Positions 1 through 8,175 of a stretch of 64,000 nt of DNA are shown piece after piece (the stretch's first letter is position 1; the number at the start of each line of letters is the position of its first letter). The stretch is taken from the NCBI GenBank assembly GCA_963836755.1, contig CAWIKF010000002.1, positions 1,696,001 through 1,760,000 on the forward strand, read 5' to 3'. Both the position numbers and the translations under genes were made by a program. The notes beneath the pieces were generated by a model. The model saw only the letters and a program-made list of their open reading frames with translations. It was not told the origin of the DNA and did not search any database. The DNA is from an uncultured Verrucomicrobiae bacterium. Lineage in GTDB: Bacteria > Verrucomicrobiota > Verrucomicrobiia > Chthoniobacterales > Chthoniobacteraceae.

Positions 1-1
1 C

Positions 2-133
2 ACCGACCCGACGCACATCCCGATCCTCGCCGACAAGCAGGGCTTCCACCTTTACGCCGACAACAAGGTGAACATCCTCTACGCCGACGGACACGCCACA
101 CGCGACATCACGTTTTTCACTGGCGGCCAATGA
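2..133 (+). CDS. 3' end of a prepilin-type/H-X9-DG-like domain protein (partial, runs off the window start)
   Basis: Hand translation of frame 2 gives ...DKQGFHLYADNKVNILYADGHATRDITFFTGGQ*. The H...N-x-L-Y-x-DGH ending resembles the C-terminal motif of PVC-superphylum pseudopilin-like proteins. The stop overlaps the next ATG (ATGA 130-133). Confidence 0.6.
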   Translation, partial: TDPTHIPILADKQGFHLYADNKVNILYADGHATRDITFFTGGQ

Positions 134-1047
134 TCCGGCTCGCCGCGCTCTCGAAAAAATTTAACGGAAAGCCGGCGCTCGCGGACCTCACGCTCGAGAT
201 TCCGCGCGGCGAAATCTTCGGCCTGCTCGGCCACAACGGCGCGGGCAAAAGCACGACGTTCGGCTTGATCCTCGGCCAGATTTATCCCGATGCCGGCGAG
301 GCTTTCATCCGCGATGTCTCGGTGCAAAAAAGTCGCGCGACGGCGTTGGCGCGCGTCGGCGCGATCTTCGAGGCGCCCGCGTTTTACGAATACCTCAGCG
401 GCTGGCGCAACCTCGAGATTTTCACCAGCTACTCGGGCCGCGTCACGCGCGATGAGATGCGCGAAGTCATCCAGCTCGTCGGCCTCGAGGCGCGCATCGG
501 CGACGCCGTGCGAGTTTACAGCCACGGGATGCGGCAGCGGCTAGCGCTCGCGCAGGCGCTTTTGCCCGCGCCGGAAGTCGTCCTGCTCGACGAGCCGACC
601 GAGGGGCTCGATCCCGAGGGCATTCACGAAATGCGGCACTTGATTCAAAAGCTCAACCGCGACCGCGGTCTCACCGTGCTCCTCTCCTCGCATCTGCTCT
701 CGGAAGTCGAGGTGCTTTGCGACCGCGTGGCAATCCTCAACCGCGGCCAGCTCGTTTTCAACGGCAGCTGGACGCAGCTCGAAGTAAAACAAACGCAGTT
801 CCGCATCGCTGTGGACGATTGGGAAAAAGCCGCGCCGATCGCCATCGCATGTGGGGCAACTTTGCTCGAGCCCGGCCTCATCGCGTTGGAAACCGACATC
901 GCCGATCTCGTCGAGAAGCTCGTCTTCAGCGGCTTTCGCGTCCGCGCGGTCGAGCCGGTGAAGCGGACGCTCGAGCAAATCTATCTCGACACCATCTCCA
1001 CCGCGTCCAGCCTTCGCGACGGCGCACCCGCCGCCAAAACCCCGTGA
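130..1047 (+). CDS. ABC transporter ATP-binding protein (ABC-2 type)
   Basis: Walker A GHNGAGKST, signature YSHGMRQR, Walker B LLDEP, H-loop SSH. Confidence 0.95.
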   Translation: MIRLAALSKKFNGKPALADLTLEIPRGEIFGLLGHNGAGKSTTFGLILGQIYPDAGEAFIRDVSVQKSRATALARVGAIFEAPAFYEYLSGWRNLEIFTSYSGRVTRDEMREVIQLVGLEARIGDAVRVYSHGMRQRLALAQALLPAPEVVLLDEPTEGLDPEGIHEMRHLIQKLNRDRGLTVLLSSHLLSEVEVLCDRVAILNRGQLVFNGSWTQLEVKQTQFRIAVDDWEKAAPIAIACGATLLEPGLIALETDIADLVEKLVFSGFRVRAVEPVKRTLEQIYLDTISTASSLRDGAPAAKTP

Positions 1048-1889
1048 GCCTTTTCCTCCTCCAGTTCCGCCACGAGCTGACGAAACTTTTCGCGCGCAAG
1101 CGCACCTACATCGGCTTCGGCGCGTTCGTCGGAGTCGAGGGACTTGTCCTTTTCATGCTCCAGTTGCCGCGGCCGCAGCAACATTTCCGGCGCTTGATCG
1201 AGGACAGCGGCTACGGTTTCGAGCGCTACTTTTCCGGCACCACGCTCGCGTTGCTCATCGTGATGTGGACCACGTTCCTGCTCGGCGCGCTTTACCTCGC
1301 GCTCATCGCGGGCGACGTCGTCGCGAAGGAAATCGAGGACGGCACCATGCGCATGACCCTTTGCCGCCCGATCTCCCGCACGCGCCTCATCCTCCTGAAA
1401 TACCTCGCGTGCGTCGTTTACACGTTCGTGCTCGTCGCCTTCATCGGCGCGACCGCGCTCCTCGCCGGCCTCGCGTATCGCGGCGTCGGCGGCCTCTTCG
1501 CCTATGCGCCGCAGGACAAACTTTTCGAGCTTTACGACACCGGCCCGGGCTTCGTGCGCTATGCCGGCGCGCTGCCGATGCTCGCCCTCGGGCTGCTCAG
1601 CATCACCAGCCTCGGCTTCATGTTTTCCTGTTTTAAAATGAAACCCGCGGCCGCGACGATCATCACACTCTCGCTCCTTTTTCTCGACTCGATCTTTCGG
1701 AACATCCCGTATTTTGAAAGCCTGCGCCCGTGGTTCATCACCGCGCGCATGGCCACGTGGCTGAACATTTTCCACCAGCACATCCCGTGGCCGCAAATCA
1801 TCGAGGACAGCACCGGCCTCCTCGCGCTCGACGCCACATTTCTGCTCATCGGCCTCGCGAGCTTCCACCAGCGCGACTTCAAGTCGTAG
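1044..1889 (+). CDS. ABC-2 type transporter permease
   Basis: Hydrophobic part of ORF 717..1889. Probable GTG start at 1044 overlaps the upstream stop. The E-x-EDGTMR...PISR...KY motif is typical of ABC-2 permeases. Confidence 0.88.
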   Translation: MSLFLLQFRHELTKLFARKRTYIGFGAFVGVEGLVLFMLQLPRPQQHFRRLIEDSGYGFERYFSGTTLALLIVMWTTFLLGALYLALIAGDVVAKEIEDGTMRMTLCRPISRTRLILLKYLACVVYTFVLVAFIGATALLAGLAYRGVGGLFAYAPQDKLFELYDTGPGFVRYAGALPMLALGLLSITSLGFMFSCFKMKPAAATIITLSLLFLDSIFRNIPYFESLRPWFITARMATWLNIFHQHIPWPQIIEDSTGLLALDATFLLIGLASFHQRDFKS

Positions 1890-2061
1890 CTCTAGCGAGT
1901 AGCCTATGCCCGCCCTTGTAAGTCCAGTGACCCCGCGCAACCTTCCTTCCTTCCCTACTATCTTCATGACTATAACTTCCACCGCCCTCACTCCGCTTTA
2001 AACTCTCTGCCTCCTTCCTCCAGACTCCCCAAAACTGCGGACAACCTGTCGAGGATCAACA

Positions 2062-2736
2062 GCTAGGCGACGGTTGAATTCGGAAAGCCGAGATTAGTTG
2101 GAGTGCATTCATCGAGGAGAAGTTGATTGCGAGTGCGGAGAGCGATACCGGAAATAGAATCCAGCAGATAACTGCGATTGTCGAGAAGGCGTGCTAGGTC
2201 GAGGGCGCGGTAATGCAGACCTTGCTGCCACTGAAACGTCTTCGGCTGCTCTGAAAGGCTATTGAAGCTCTTGCGCGCTGCCGCAGAATCGCCGTTCAAT
2301 GCTGCAATAACAGCCGCGTAGTAATAATCCCAATGTCCTCGGCGTGCAGTCGTCTGGTAATACTGATGAGCGCTCGCGACGTTCGGAAAGCGGCTGCGGT
2401 AGTCCTCGACGGACCTACGAGCATGTTCGGTTACGCGAGATAGCACATCTGAAAACTGCGACTCATCACGCGCTGCCGAAAACGGTTGCTCTCTATGACC
2501 AACGTCGAATGTCCAATGCGCCTTTTCATAAAGATGCCAACATACGCCGACGTTGAGGTAGGTGCCGCGCGACCAAGAACTCGGCTGGAACTCGACGACA
2601 ATGCTCCACCAGCCGTGGTCGTCATACCATGTCCTTGACTTGCCTTGTTGCTTGAGGCCGAGCGGCGCGAGCGCATCCTTTGCGGCTGAGGCAATGAGCT
2701 TATTGTGATCCATGTGAAAGCGCGTAGTCGCCTAAC
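2062..2736 (-). mobile_element. Possible orphan integron-type gene cassette (core and inverse-core-like ends, no complete attC seen)
   Basis: Minus-strand GTTAGGCGAC lies just upstream of the ATG (plus 2727-2736) and GTCGCCTAGC spans the stop (plus 2062-2071). Together they form a 9/10 inverted repeat containing GTTRRRY. Confidence 0.4.
2063..2713 (-). CDS. Hypothetical protein, DUF4304-like N-terminus; cassette-like gene
   Basis: 216-aa ORF starting LAPLGLKQQGKSRTWY...VEFQPSSWS...YLNVGV. Codons are visibly more A/T-rich than in neighbouring genes. Confidence 0.65.
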   Translation of the reverse strand: MDHNKLIASAAKDALAPLGLKQQGKSRTWYDDHGWWSIVVEFQPSSWSRGTYLNVGVCWHLYEKAHWTFDVGHREQPFSAARDESQFSDVLSRVTEHARRSVEDYRSRFPNVASAHQYYQTTARRGHWDYYYAAVIAALNGDSAAARKSFNSLSEQPKTFQWQQGLHYRALDLARLLDNRSYLLDSISGIALRTRNQLLLDECTPTNLGFPNSTVA

Positions 2737-2815
2737 GAGAATTAGGCCACAAAAATGCGTAATATGGTGCGCATTGATTGAATCTCATCCAAAATGCCCG
2801 CTTCCTTTCCCCGCC

Positions 2816-3586
2816 TTAGCTCATGCTCTTATCCGGCGGCAGGCCGAGGCGGGTGCGTAGCGAAGCATTGGCGGAGTCGGAGTAGGGGCGCTCGGCGTCC
2901 ACCGCGAGCTGGAGTTTGCGGCGGCGGCGGCTGATTTGATCGCAGGCATCCGCGAAGGTTTGGCGGTTTTGGCTCGCTTTGCTTTGCGCGCCGCTTTGCG
3001 TGGTCTGGATGCCGGCGTAGCTGCCGAGATCGGTCTCCAGTTGCTCGATTTTCGGCTGATCGAAGCCGGGGAGGGTATCCTGCGGGGTGATGACGTTCCC
3101 CGCATCGTCGCGGGTGCGCAGGAGGGTAAAGACGGCGGTGCCGGCGGCGGTGATCTGGACGCGGGAGCCGAGGGGCTGGCCGACGTAATAGGCGGCGAGC
3201 CGTGCGGAATCGGTCTCCTCGTATTTTTCCTTCGCGCGGGCCTGGACGCTGCGAATGGCGGCGATGGCGGTGGCCTGGTCGCCGCCTTCCGTGCCGGTGA
3301 CCGTGTGAAAAGTGGCGGTGGCGCTGGTGGCGTTCGCGGCGAGGTGCCCGGCGTCGGTGGCCTGCACGGAGAGTGCCTGGAGGCTGGCGAGGGTGATGGG
3401 GACGGTGTTGTCGCGGTCGATGAAATGGGTGGCGAGCTCGGCGGCGAGGGCGGTATCGGTGCCGATTTCATCGACGGCAGAGCTGATGATTTCCGTGTCG
3501 GTCTCAAGCTGCTGGAGAAGCCGGCCATCGATGGGGCCACGGGGTTTGCGAGTTTTCGGGGTGGGAGCGGGTGTTGGATCAGCCAT
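2816..3586 (-). CDS. Uncharacterised helical protein of repeat-array module 1 (256 aa)
   Basis: Clean ORF with a Pro/Thr-rich N-terminus (MADPTPAPTPKTRKPRGPID) and Ala-rich amphipathic segments. No recognisable catalytic motif. Confidence 0.8.
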   Translation of the reverse strand: MADPTPAPTPKTRKPRGPIDGRLLQQLETDTEIISSAVDEIGTDTALAAELATHFIDRDNTVPITLASLQALSVQATDAGHLAANATSATATFHTVTGTEGGDQATAIAAIRSVQARAKEKYEETDSARLAAYYVGQPLGSRVQITAAGTAVFTLLRTRDDAGNVITPQDTLPGFDQPKIEQLETDLGSYAGIQTTQSGAQSKASQNRQTFADACDQISRRRRKLQLAVDAERPYSDSANASLRTRLGLPPDKSMS

Positions 3587-3592
3587 GCGGCG

Positions 3593-3621
3593 AGAGTAAA
3601 CAGGAAGGCGAGTGCCGGAAA
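3593..3621 (-). promoter_or_regulatory. Putative sigma-70 promoter for the module-1 gene (probably leaderless)
   Basis: Minus strand reads TTTCCG-N17-TACTCT-N6-ATG. Confidence 0.4.
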
Positions 3622-3653
3622 GCTTTTTAAACCCGACTCATTCCAGCCCGAAT

Positions 3654-3880
3654 CCGATGTGAATATTTAGCGATCCGAGGCCGATACTTAGCGATCCGAG
3701 GTGAAGTTTTAGACTTTCGAGGTGAAGTTTTAACGATCCGAAGTGGATGTTTAAGGTTCCGAGGTGAATCGCCAGGCTCCAGAGGTGAAGTTTTAGCGAT
3801 CAAAGGTCGATCCTTAAGCCCGCGAGCTGGAGTTTTAGACTTTCGGGCTGCTGTCTTATCCTTCCGAGCTGAATCCTTAA
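3654..3880. repeat. Degenerate tandem array, 11 x 21 bp, consensus about CCGAGGTGAAGTTTTAGCGAT
   Basis: Units start at 3654, 3675, 3696, 3717, 3738, 3759, 3780, 3801, 3822, 3843 and 3864 with no indels. The last unit overlaps the hrpB stop codon. Confidence 0.92.
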
Positions 3881-6417
3881 CGCCACTCGTGCTTCGGGTA
3901 TTTGCGCTGAAGCTCGATTTTCAACTTCGGGTAGCTCTCGCGCCAGAAGGTGCTGAGGTTTTGCGTGACTTGAATGGGGCGATGGTTCGGGGCGAGGACC
4001 TGGATGACCAATTCGACGCGGCCGGAGGCGATGGTGAGCGCGCCTTCGACGCCGTAAAGTTCCTGGATGCGCGCGGCGACGGTCGGCGCGGCTTTGGCGT
4101 CGTAGAGGATTTTCCACTTTTTGCCGTTCGGCAATGCGATGCGCTCGGGCGCGAACTTTTCCACGAGCTGCTGCTGCGCGGGCGAGAGCCAGCTTTTCAC
4201 GATCGGCAGGACGGGGCGGTCTTTGATCTCCTTGTAAATCATCGCGCCGTGGCAGATGTGCTCGATGACGGCGCGGCGCTCGTCGTCGCCGAATGCGGGG
4301 AGGGCGAGCTCGGGCATCCATTCGCGGAGGCGGTTGACGCGCGTGATCCATTGCTCGACGGCGGCGTCCCATTGCGTGAGGACGCAGGCGCCGTCGAGGA
4401 CGGCTTCGGCGAGGACGCGCGCTGCGGCGTCGGCGGGAACTTTTTCGGTGATTTGCGTGCCGAGGACGAGGTCGCGAAAGGCGGTGTGAGTGCGGGCGAT
4501 GACGCGGCGCTGGATGGGATCGTAGGCGACGTGGGTCTCGGTGCGGAAGGCGTCGGGGTAAAGTTCGCGCAGCCAGCTTTCGTCGATTGCGGTGGCCGTG
4601 TTGAGCAGCGTGGTGAGCTCGCCTTTGATCTCAATCTCGCGCACATCGCTGGCGACGAGGAGCGTGGCGTGCTGCACCACGCTTTCGCGCGCGAGCACGC
4701 CGCGCCGCGCATGGACGAGGTCGCAACGGAGCGTGCCGGCATCGATGCGCTTCGCCACTTGATCGGCGAAGCCGGCGAGGACGCAGCGCTGGATCGCCTC
4801 GTCGTTCGGTTCGCCGCGCTCGAGGTTGAGTTTTTCGGTGCGGGCGATTTTTAGAAACTGCTCGGCGATCTGCGCGGCCTCGCGCGCGGCGGGGCCGTTG
4901 ATGCCGAGCCGGCGGCAGCGTTGCGGGTTGTAATTGCTCTGCTCCGCGTAGCGAAAGGCGCGCATGAGGATGAAAAAATCCGACACTTCCTTCTCGCCGA
5001 GCACATCGGCGCGGTCCTGCGCCATTTGTTTGCCGTCGCTGCGGCGCATCAGGTTTCGCCCTTGTGAAAGCGCGGCGATGAGCGCGATGGCGCGCACGCA
5101 GCCTTGCGTGTCGGCCTCGATGAGCATGCGCGCGTAACGCGGATGCACCGGGAACGCGAGCATCCGGCGGCCGAGCGGCGTGATCGCGCGCGCTTTTTCA
5201 TCGAGCGCGCCAAGGTCTTTCAACAAAGTCTCCGCGCGTTCCAATGCGCGCGCATCGGGCGGCTCGAGCCAGCGGAAATTCGCGATGTCCTCGACGCCGC
5301 TCGCTTTCAAAGTCAGCACGACTTCCGACAAATCGAGCCGCTTCACCTCCGGCAATTCCTGCGCGAAACGCTCCAGATGTTCGCGCTCCGTCCATAGCCG
5401 CAGGCAATGTCCCGGCGCAGTCCGGCCGGCGCGGCCCGCACGCTGATCGGCACTGGCGCGCGAGATTTTTTCGACGAGCAACGTGTTGATCCCGCGATGC
5501 GGATCGAACCGCGCGATGCGCGCGAGGCCACTGTCTATCACGGTTCGCACGCCCTCGATCGTCAGCGAAGTCTCCGCAACGTTGGTCGAGACGATGACTT
5601 TTCTTTTTTCGTAAAACGCGAGCGCGGCGTCCTGCTCGGCCACCGGCAATTCGCCGTGCAGCGGCAGCACGACAAACTCATCGCCGACGCGCGACGCGCG
5701 GATCGACTGGATCGTGCGGCTGATTTCGTAAGCGCCCGGCATGAAGACCAGCACGTCGCCATCGGTCTCGCCGGCGATCCGCTCCAGCTCGTCGGCGGCG
5801 ACGTCCCAGACCGAATATTCGTCGGGGCGAAACGGCTTTGAGATGTGCTCGATCTCGACGGGAAACATCCGCCCGCTCGATTGCAGCATCGCGCACGGCG
5901 CGAGAAATTTCTCGAGCTGCCCGGCGTCGAGCGTCGCGGACATGACGATGATTTTCAGATCGGGCCGCCGCGTTTGCTGGAGATCGAGCGCGCGCGCCAG
6001 CGTGATGTCGCCATACAAATGCCGCTCGTGAAACTCGTCGAAAATGATCGCGCTCACGCCGGGCAAAAGCGGTTCCTGCACGAGTTGTCGCAGCAAAACT
6101 CCCTCCGTCACGAACCGAATCCGCGTCTCCTCCGACACGACGCGGTCGAACCGAATCTGATAGCCGACCTCACCGCCGAGCCGCACGCCGCGCTCCTCCG
6201 CGACCCGCGCCGCGAGCATCCGCGTCGCGAGACGGCGCGGCTGCAAAATCACGATCTCGCCATTGTTTAACAACCCGTGATCGAGCAGCATCTGCGGCAC
6301 CTGCGTCGATTTTCCAGAGCCGGTCGGTGCCTGCAAAATGAGCCGCGGATTTTGCGCGAGCGCATCGATGATCGCGCGCTCGAGTTCAAAGATCGGGAGG
6401 TCGCGCGGCGTAATCAT
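3877..6417 (-). CDS. hrpB: ATP-dependent helicase HrpB
   Basis: APTGSGKST, QPRRLA, DEFHER, MSAT, TNVAETSLT and QRAGRAGR motifs, plus the HrpB C-terminus FW..SY....ELQRKYPKH.W. Confidence 0.95.
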   Translation of the reverse strand: MITPRDLPIFELERAIIDALAQNPRLILQAPTGSGKSTQVPQMLLDHGLLNNGEIVILQPRRLATRMLAARVAEERGVRLGGEVGYQIRFDRVVSEETRIRFVTEGVLLRQLVQEPLLPGVSAIIFDEFHERHLYGDITLARALDLQQTRRPDLKIIVMSATLDAGQLEKFLAPCAMLQSSGRMFPVEIEHISKPFRPDEYSVWDVAADELERIAGETDGDVLVFMPGAYEISRTIQSIRASRVGDEFVVLPLHGELPVAEQDAALAFYEKRKVIVSTNVAETSLTIEGVRTVIDSGLARIARFDPHRGINTLLVEKISRASADQRAGRAGRTAPGHCLRLWTEREHLERFAQELPEVKRLDLSEVVLTLKASGVEDIANFRWLEPPDARALERAETLLKDLGALDEKARAITPLGRRMLAFPVHPRYARMLIEADTQGCVRAIALIAALSQGRNLMRRSDGKQMAQDRADVLGEKEVSDFFILMRAFRYAEQSNYNPQRCRRLGINGPAAREAAQIAEQFLKIARTEKLNLERGEPNDEAIQRCVLAGFADQVAKRIDAGTLRCDLVHARRGVLARESVVQHATLLVASDVREIEIKGELTTLLNTATAIDESWLRELYPDAFRTETHVAYDPIQRRVIARTHTAFRDLVLGTQITEKVPADAAARVLAEAVLDGACVLTQWDAAVEQWITRVNRLREWMPELALPAFGDDERRAVIEHICHGAMIYKEIKDRPVLPIVKSWLSPAQQQLVEKFAPERIALPNGKKWKILYDAKAAPTVAARIQELYGVEGALTIASGRVELVIQVLAPNHRPIQVTQNLSTFWRESYPKLKIELQRKYPKHEWR

Positions 6418-6510
6418 GGGCGGTCATCTTCACGCGCCGCCGCGCATTTGTCATCCTGAGCTTCGCGCGGGTGCGCAGACTTTTTCGCGATAAGTCAGAG
6501 CGCGATGGCG

Positions 6511-7506
6511 TCAATCTTCTTCCGGCCGCGGCTCGCGCGCAAGCAGCTCGATCATCGCATCGCGTGGCGGCTTGTTTTCAAAAATAATCGCGTGCACCTG
6601 CTCGATGATCGGCGCGCTCACGCCGAGACGCCGCGCGCATTCCAGCGCACTCTTCGCCGTCGGCACGCCCTCGGCAACCATCGCCATCGTCGCGCTGATT
6701 TGCTCGGGCTTTTCGCCGCGTCCGAGCCGTTCGCCTACTCCGCGATTGCGACTGTGCCGCGAAAAGCAGGTGACCATCAAATCGCCCACGCCGCTCAGGC
6801 CTTGAAAAGTTTCACGCCGTCCGCCGAGCGCTACGCCGAGCCGCATCAGCTCTGCGAGCGAGCGCGTGACGAGCGCCGCCTTCGAATTGTCGCCAAAGCC
6901 CAGTCCGTCGCTCAAGCCGGCGGCGATCGCGAACACATTTTTCAGCGCGCCGCCGAGCTCGATGCCGGCAATGTCGTCGCTCGTGTAAGCGCGAAAAGTT
7001 CCGCTCGAAAAAACCTGCTGCAGATTCTCACAGATGAAATGATCGCGCGCGCCGAGCACGACGGCGGTCGGCATTTTGCGCGCGACTTCTTCCGCGTGGC
7101 TCGGTCCGGAGAGCGCGACGATTGGGTTGCGCGGGAAAAACTCCGCGATGATTTCGCTCATCCGCAAGCCGCTCCGCTGCTCGATCCCTTTCGTGCAGGT
7201 CATCAAAATCACATCCGGTGAAACTTTTTCGCGCGCAAAAGTTTCCACGACCGACCGCATCGCCTTTGACGGCGGCACGAACAAAATCAAATCCGCCCCC
7301 GCAATTTCCGCGAGCGAATCGGTCGGTAAAATGTTTTCCGGCAAAGTCACGCCCGGCAAATACGGCTCGTTCGCGCGCGTCGTTTTCAGCCTTTCGACAT
7401 GAGCCGGATCGTAACCCCAGAGCGAGATCTCGCCGCCGCGCCGCGCGAGCAAAATGGCCAGCGCCGTGCCCCAGCCGCCAGCGCCGATGACAGCGACTTT
7501 GTTCAT
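6511..7506 (-). CDS. gpsA: NAD(P)H-dependent glycerol-3-phosphate dehydrogenase
   Basis: GAGGWGTALA, KGIE, SGPSHA, GALKNV and GDLMVTCFS.HSRNR motifs. Start taken at MNKVAV, overlapping the plsY stop. Confidence 0.95.
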   Translation of the reverse strand: MNKVAVIGAGGWGTALAILLARRGGEISLWGYDPAHVERLKTTRANEPYLPGVTLPENILPTDSLAEIAGADLILFVPPSKAMRSVVETFAREKVSPDVILMTCTKGIEQRSGLRMSEIIAEFFPRNPIVALSGPSHAEEVARKMPTAVVLGARDHFICENLQQVFSSGTFRAYTSDDIAGIELGGALKNVFAIAAGLSDGLGFGDNSKAALVTRSLAELMRLGVALGGRRETFQGLSGVGDLMVTCFSRHSRNRGVGERLGRGEKPEQISATMAMVAEGVPTAKSALECARRLGVSAPIIEQVHAIIFENKPPRDAMIELLAREPRPEED

Positions 7507-8129
7507 TTCTTCACAAAGCGCGGCTCCGTGCCCTTGAGCAGGCGTCCGATGTTTGAGCGATGCCGCCAAACCGCGAGCAGCGAGACGACGAGCGCGAAAT
7601 AAAAGAACGGCCAGCCGCCGCTTTTCCAGACGAAGATCAACTCGCCAAGCACGATCAACGGCAGCGCCAGCGCGGCGCAGATCGAGGCGAGCGAAACGTA
7701 GCGCGTGGTGAAAAAGACCGCGCTCCAGACCAGCGCGATCCCGAGAGCTGCGACTGGCAGAAATCCGATGAGCACGCCGGCGGAAGTCGCGATTCCTTTG
7801 CCGCCCTTGAAGCCGAGCCAGATCGGAAAACTATGCCCGAGCAGACAGCAAATCCCCGCCATGATTCCCGCGGCGGCGAGCGGAATCTGCTGTCCTTGCG
7901 CTGCGAGATCGATCGCTAAACGGACGGCGATGAGGCCTTTCAAAGCATCGCCGATGAAGACGGGAATCCCGAACTTTTTACCGAGCACGCGCAGCACATT
8001 TGTCGCGCCGATGTTGCCGCTTCCATGCTCGCGGATGTCGATGCCGCGGGCTTTCCCGACCAGAAAGCCGAACGGAATCGAGCCGAGGAGATAACTCAAG
8101 AAGCAGATTTTTCCGCCAGCGAAAAACAT
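7503..8129 (-). CDS. plsY: Glycerol-3-phosphate acyltransferase PlsY
   Basis: YLLGSIPFG, DIREHGSGNIGATN, GH.FPI...FKGGKG and RHRSNI.RL motifs. Confidence 0.95.
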   Translation of the reverse strand: MFFAGGKICFLSYLLGSIPFGFLVGKARGIDIREHGSGNIGATNVLRVLGKKFGIPVFIGDALKGLIAVRLAIDLAAQGQQIPLAAAGIMAGICCLLGHSFPIWLGFKGGKGIATSAGVLIGFLPVAALGIALVWSAVFFTTRYVSLASICAALALPLIVLGELIFVWKSGGWPFFYFALVVSLLAVWRHRSNIGRLLKGTEPRFVKK

Positions 8130-8175
8130 CGCGCCGATCCTGCTGCAACTCCGCCCGACGCGCGAACGAAAAACG

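Noticed and set aside
3889..4854. Long opposite-strand or alternative-frame ORFs, such as 3889..4854, 9133..10452, 12787..13977, 15106..16653, 26752..28152 and 30063..31616
   Set aside because: They overlap well-supported genes and lack motifs, as expected for shadow ORFs in GC-rich DNA.
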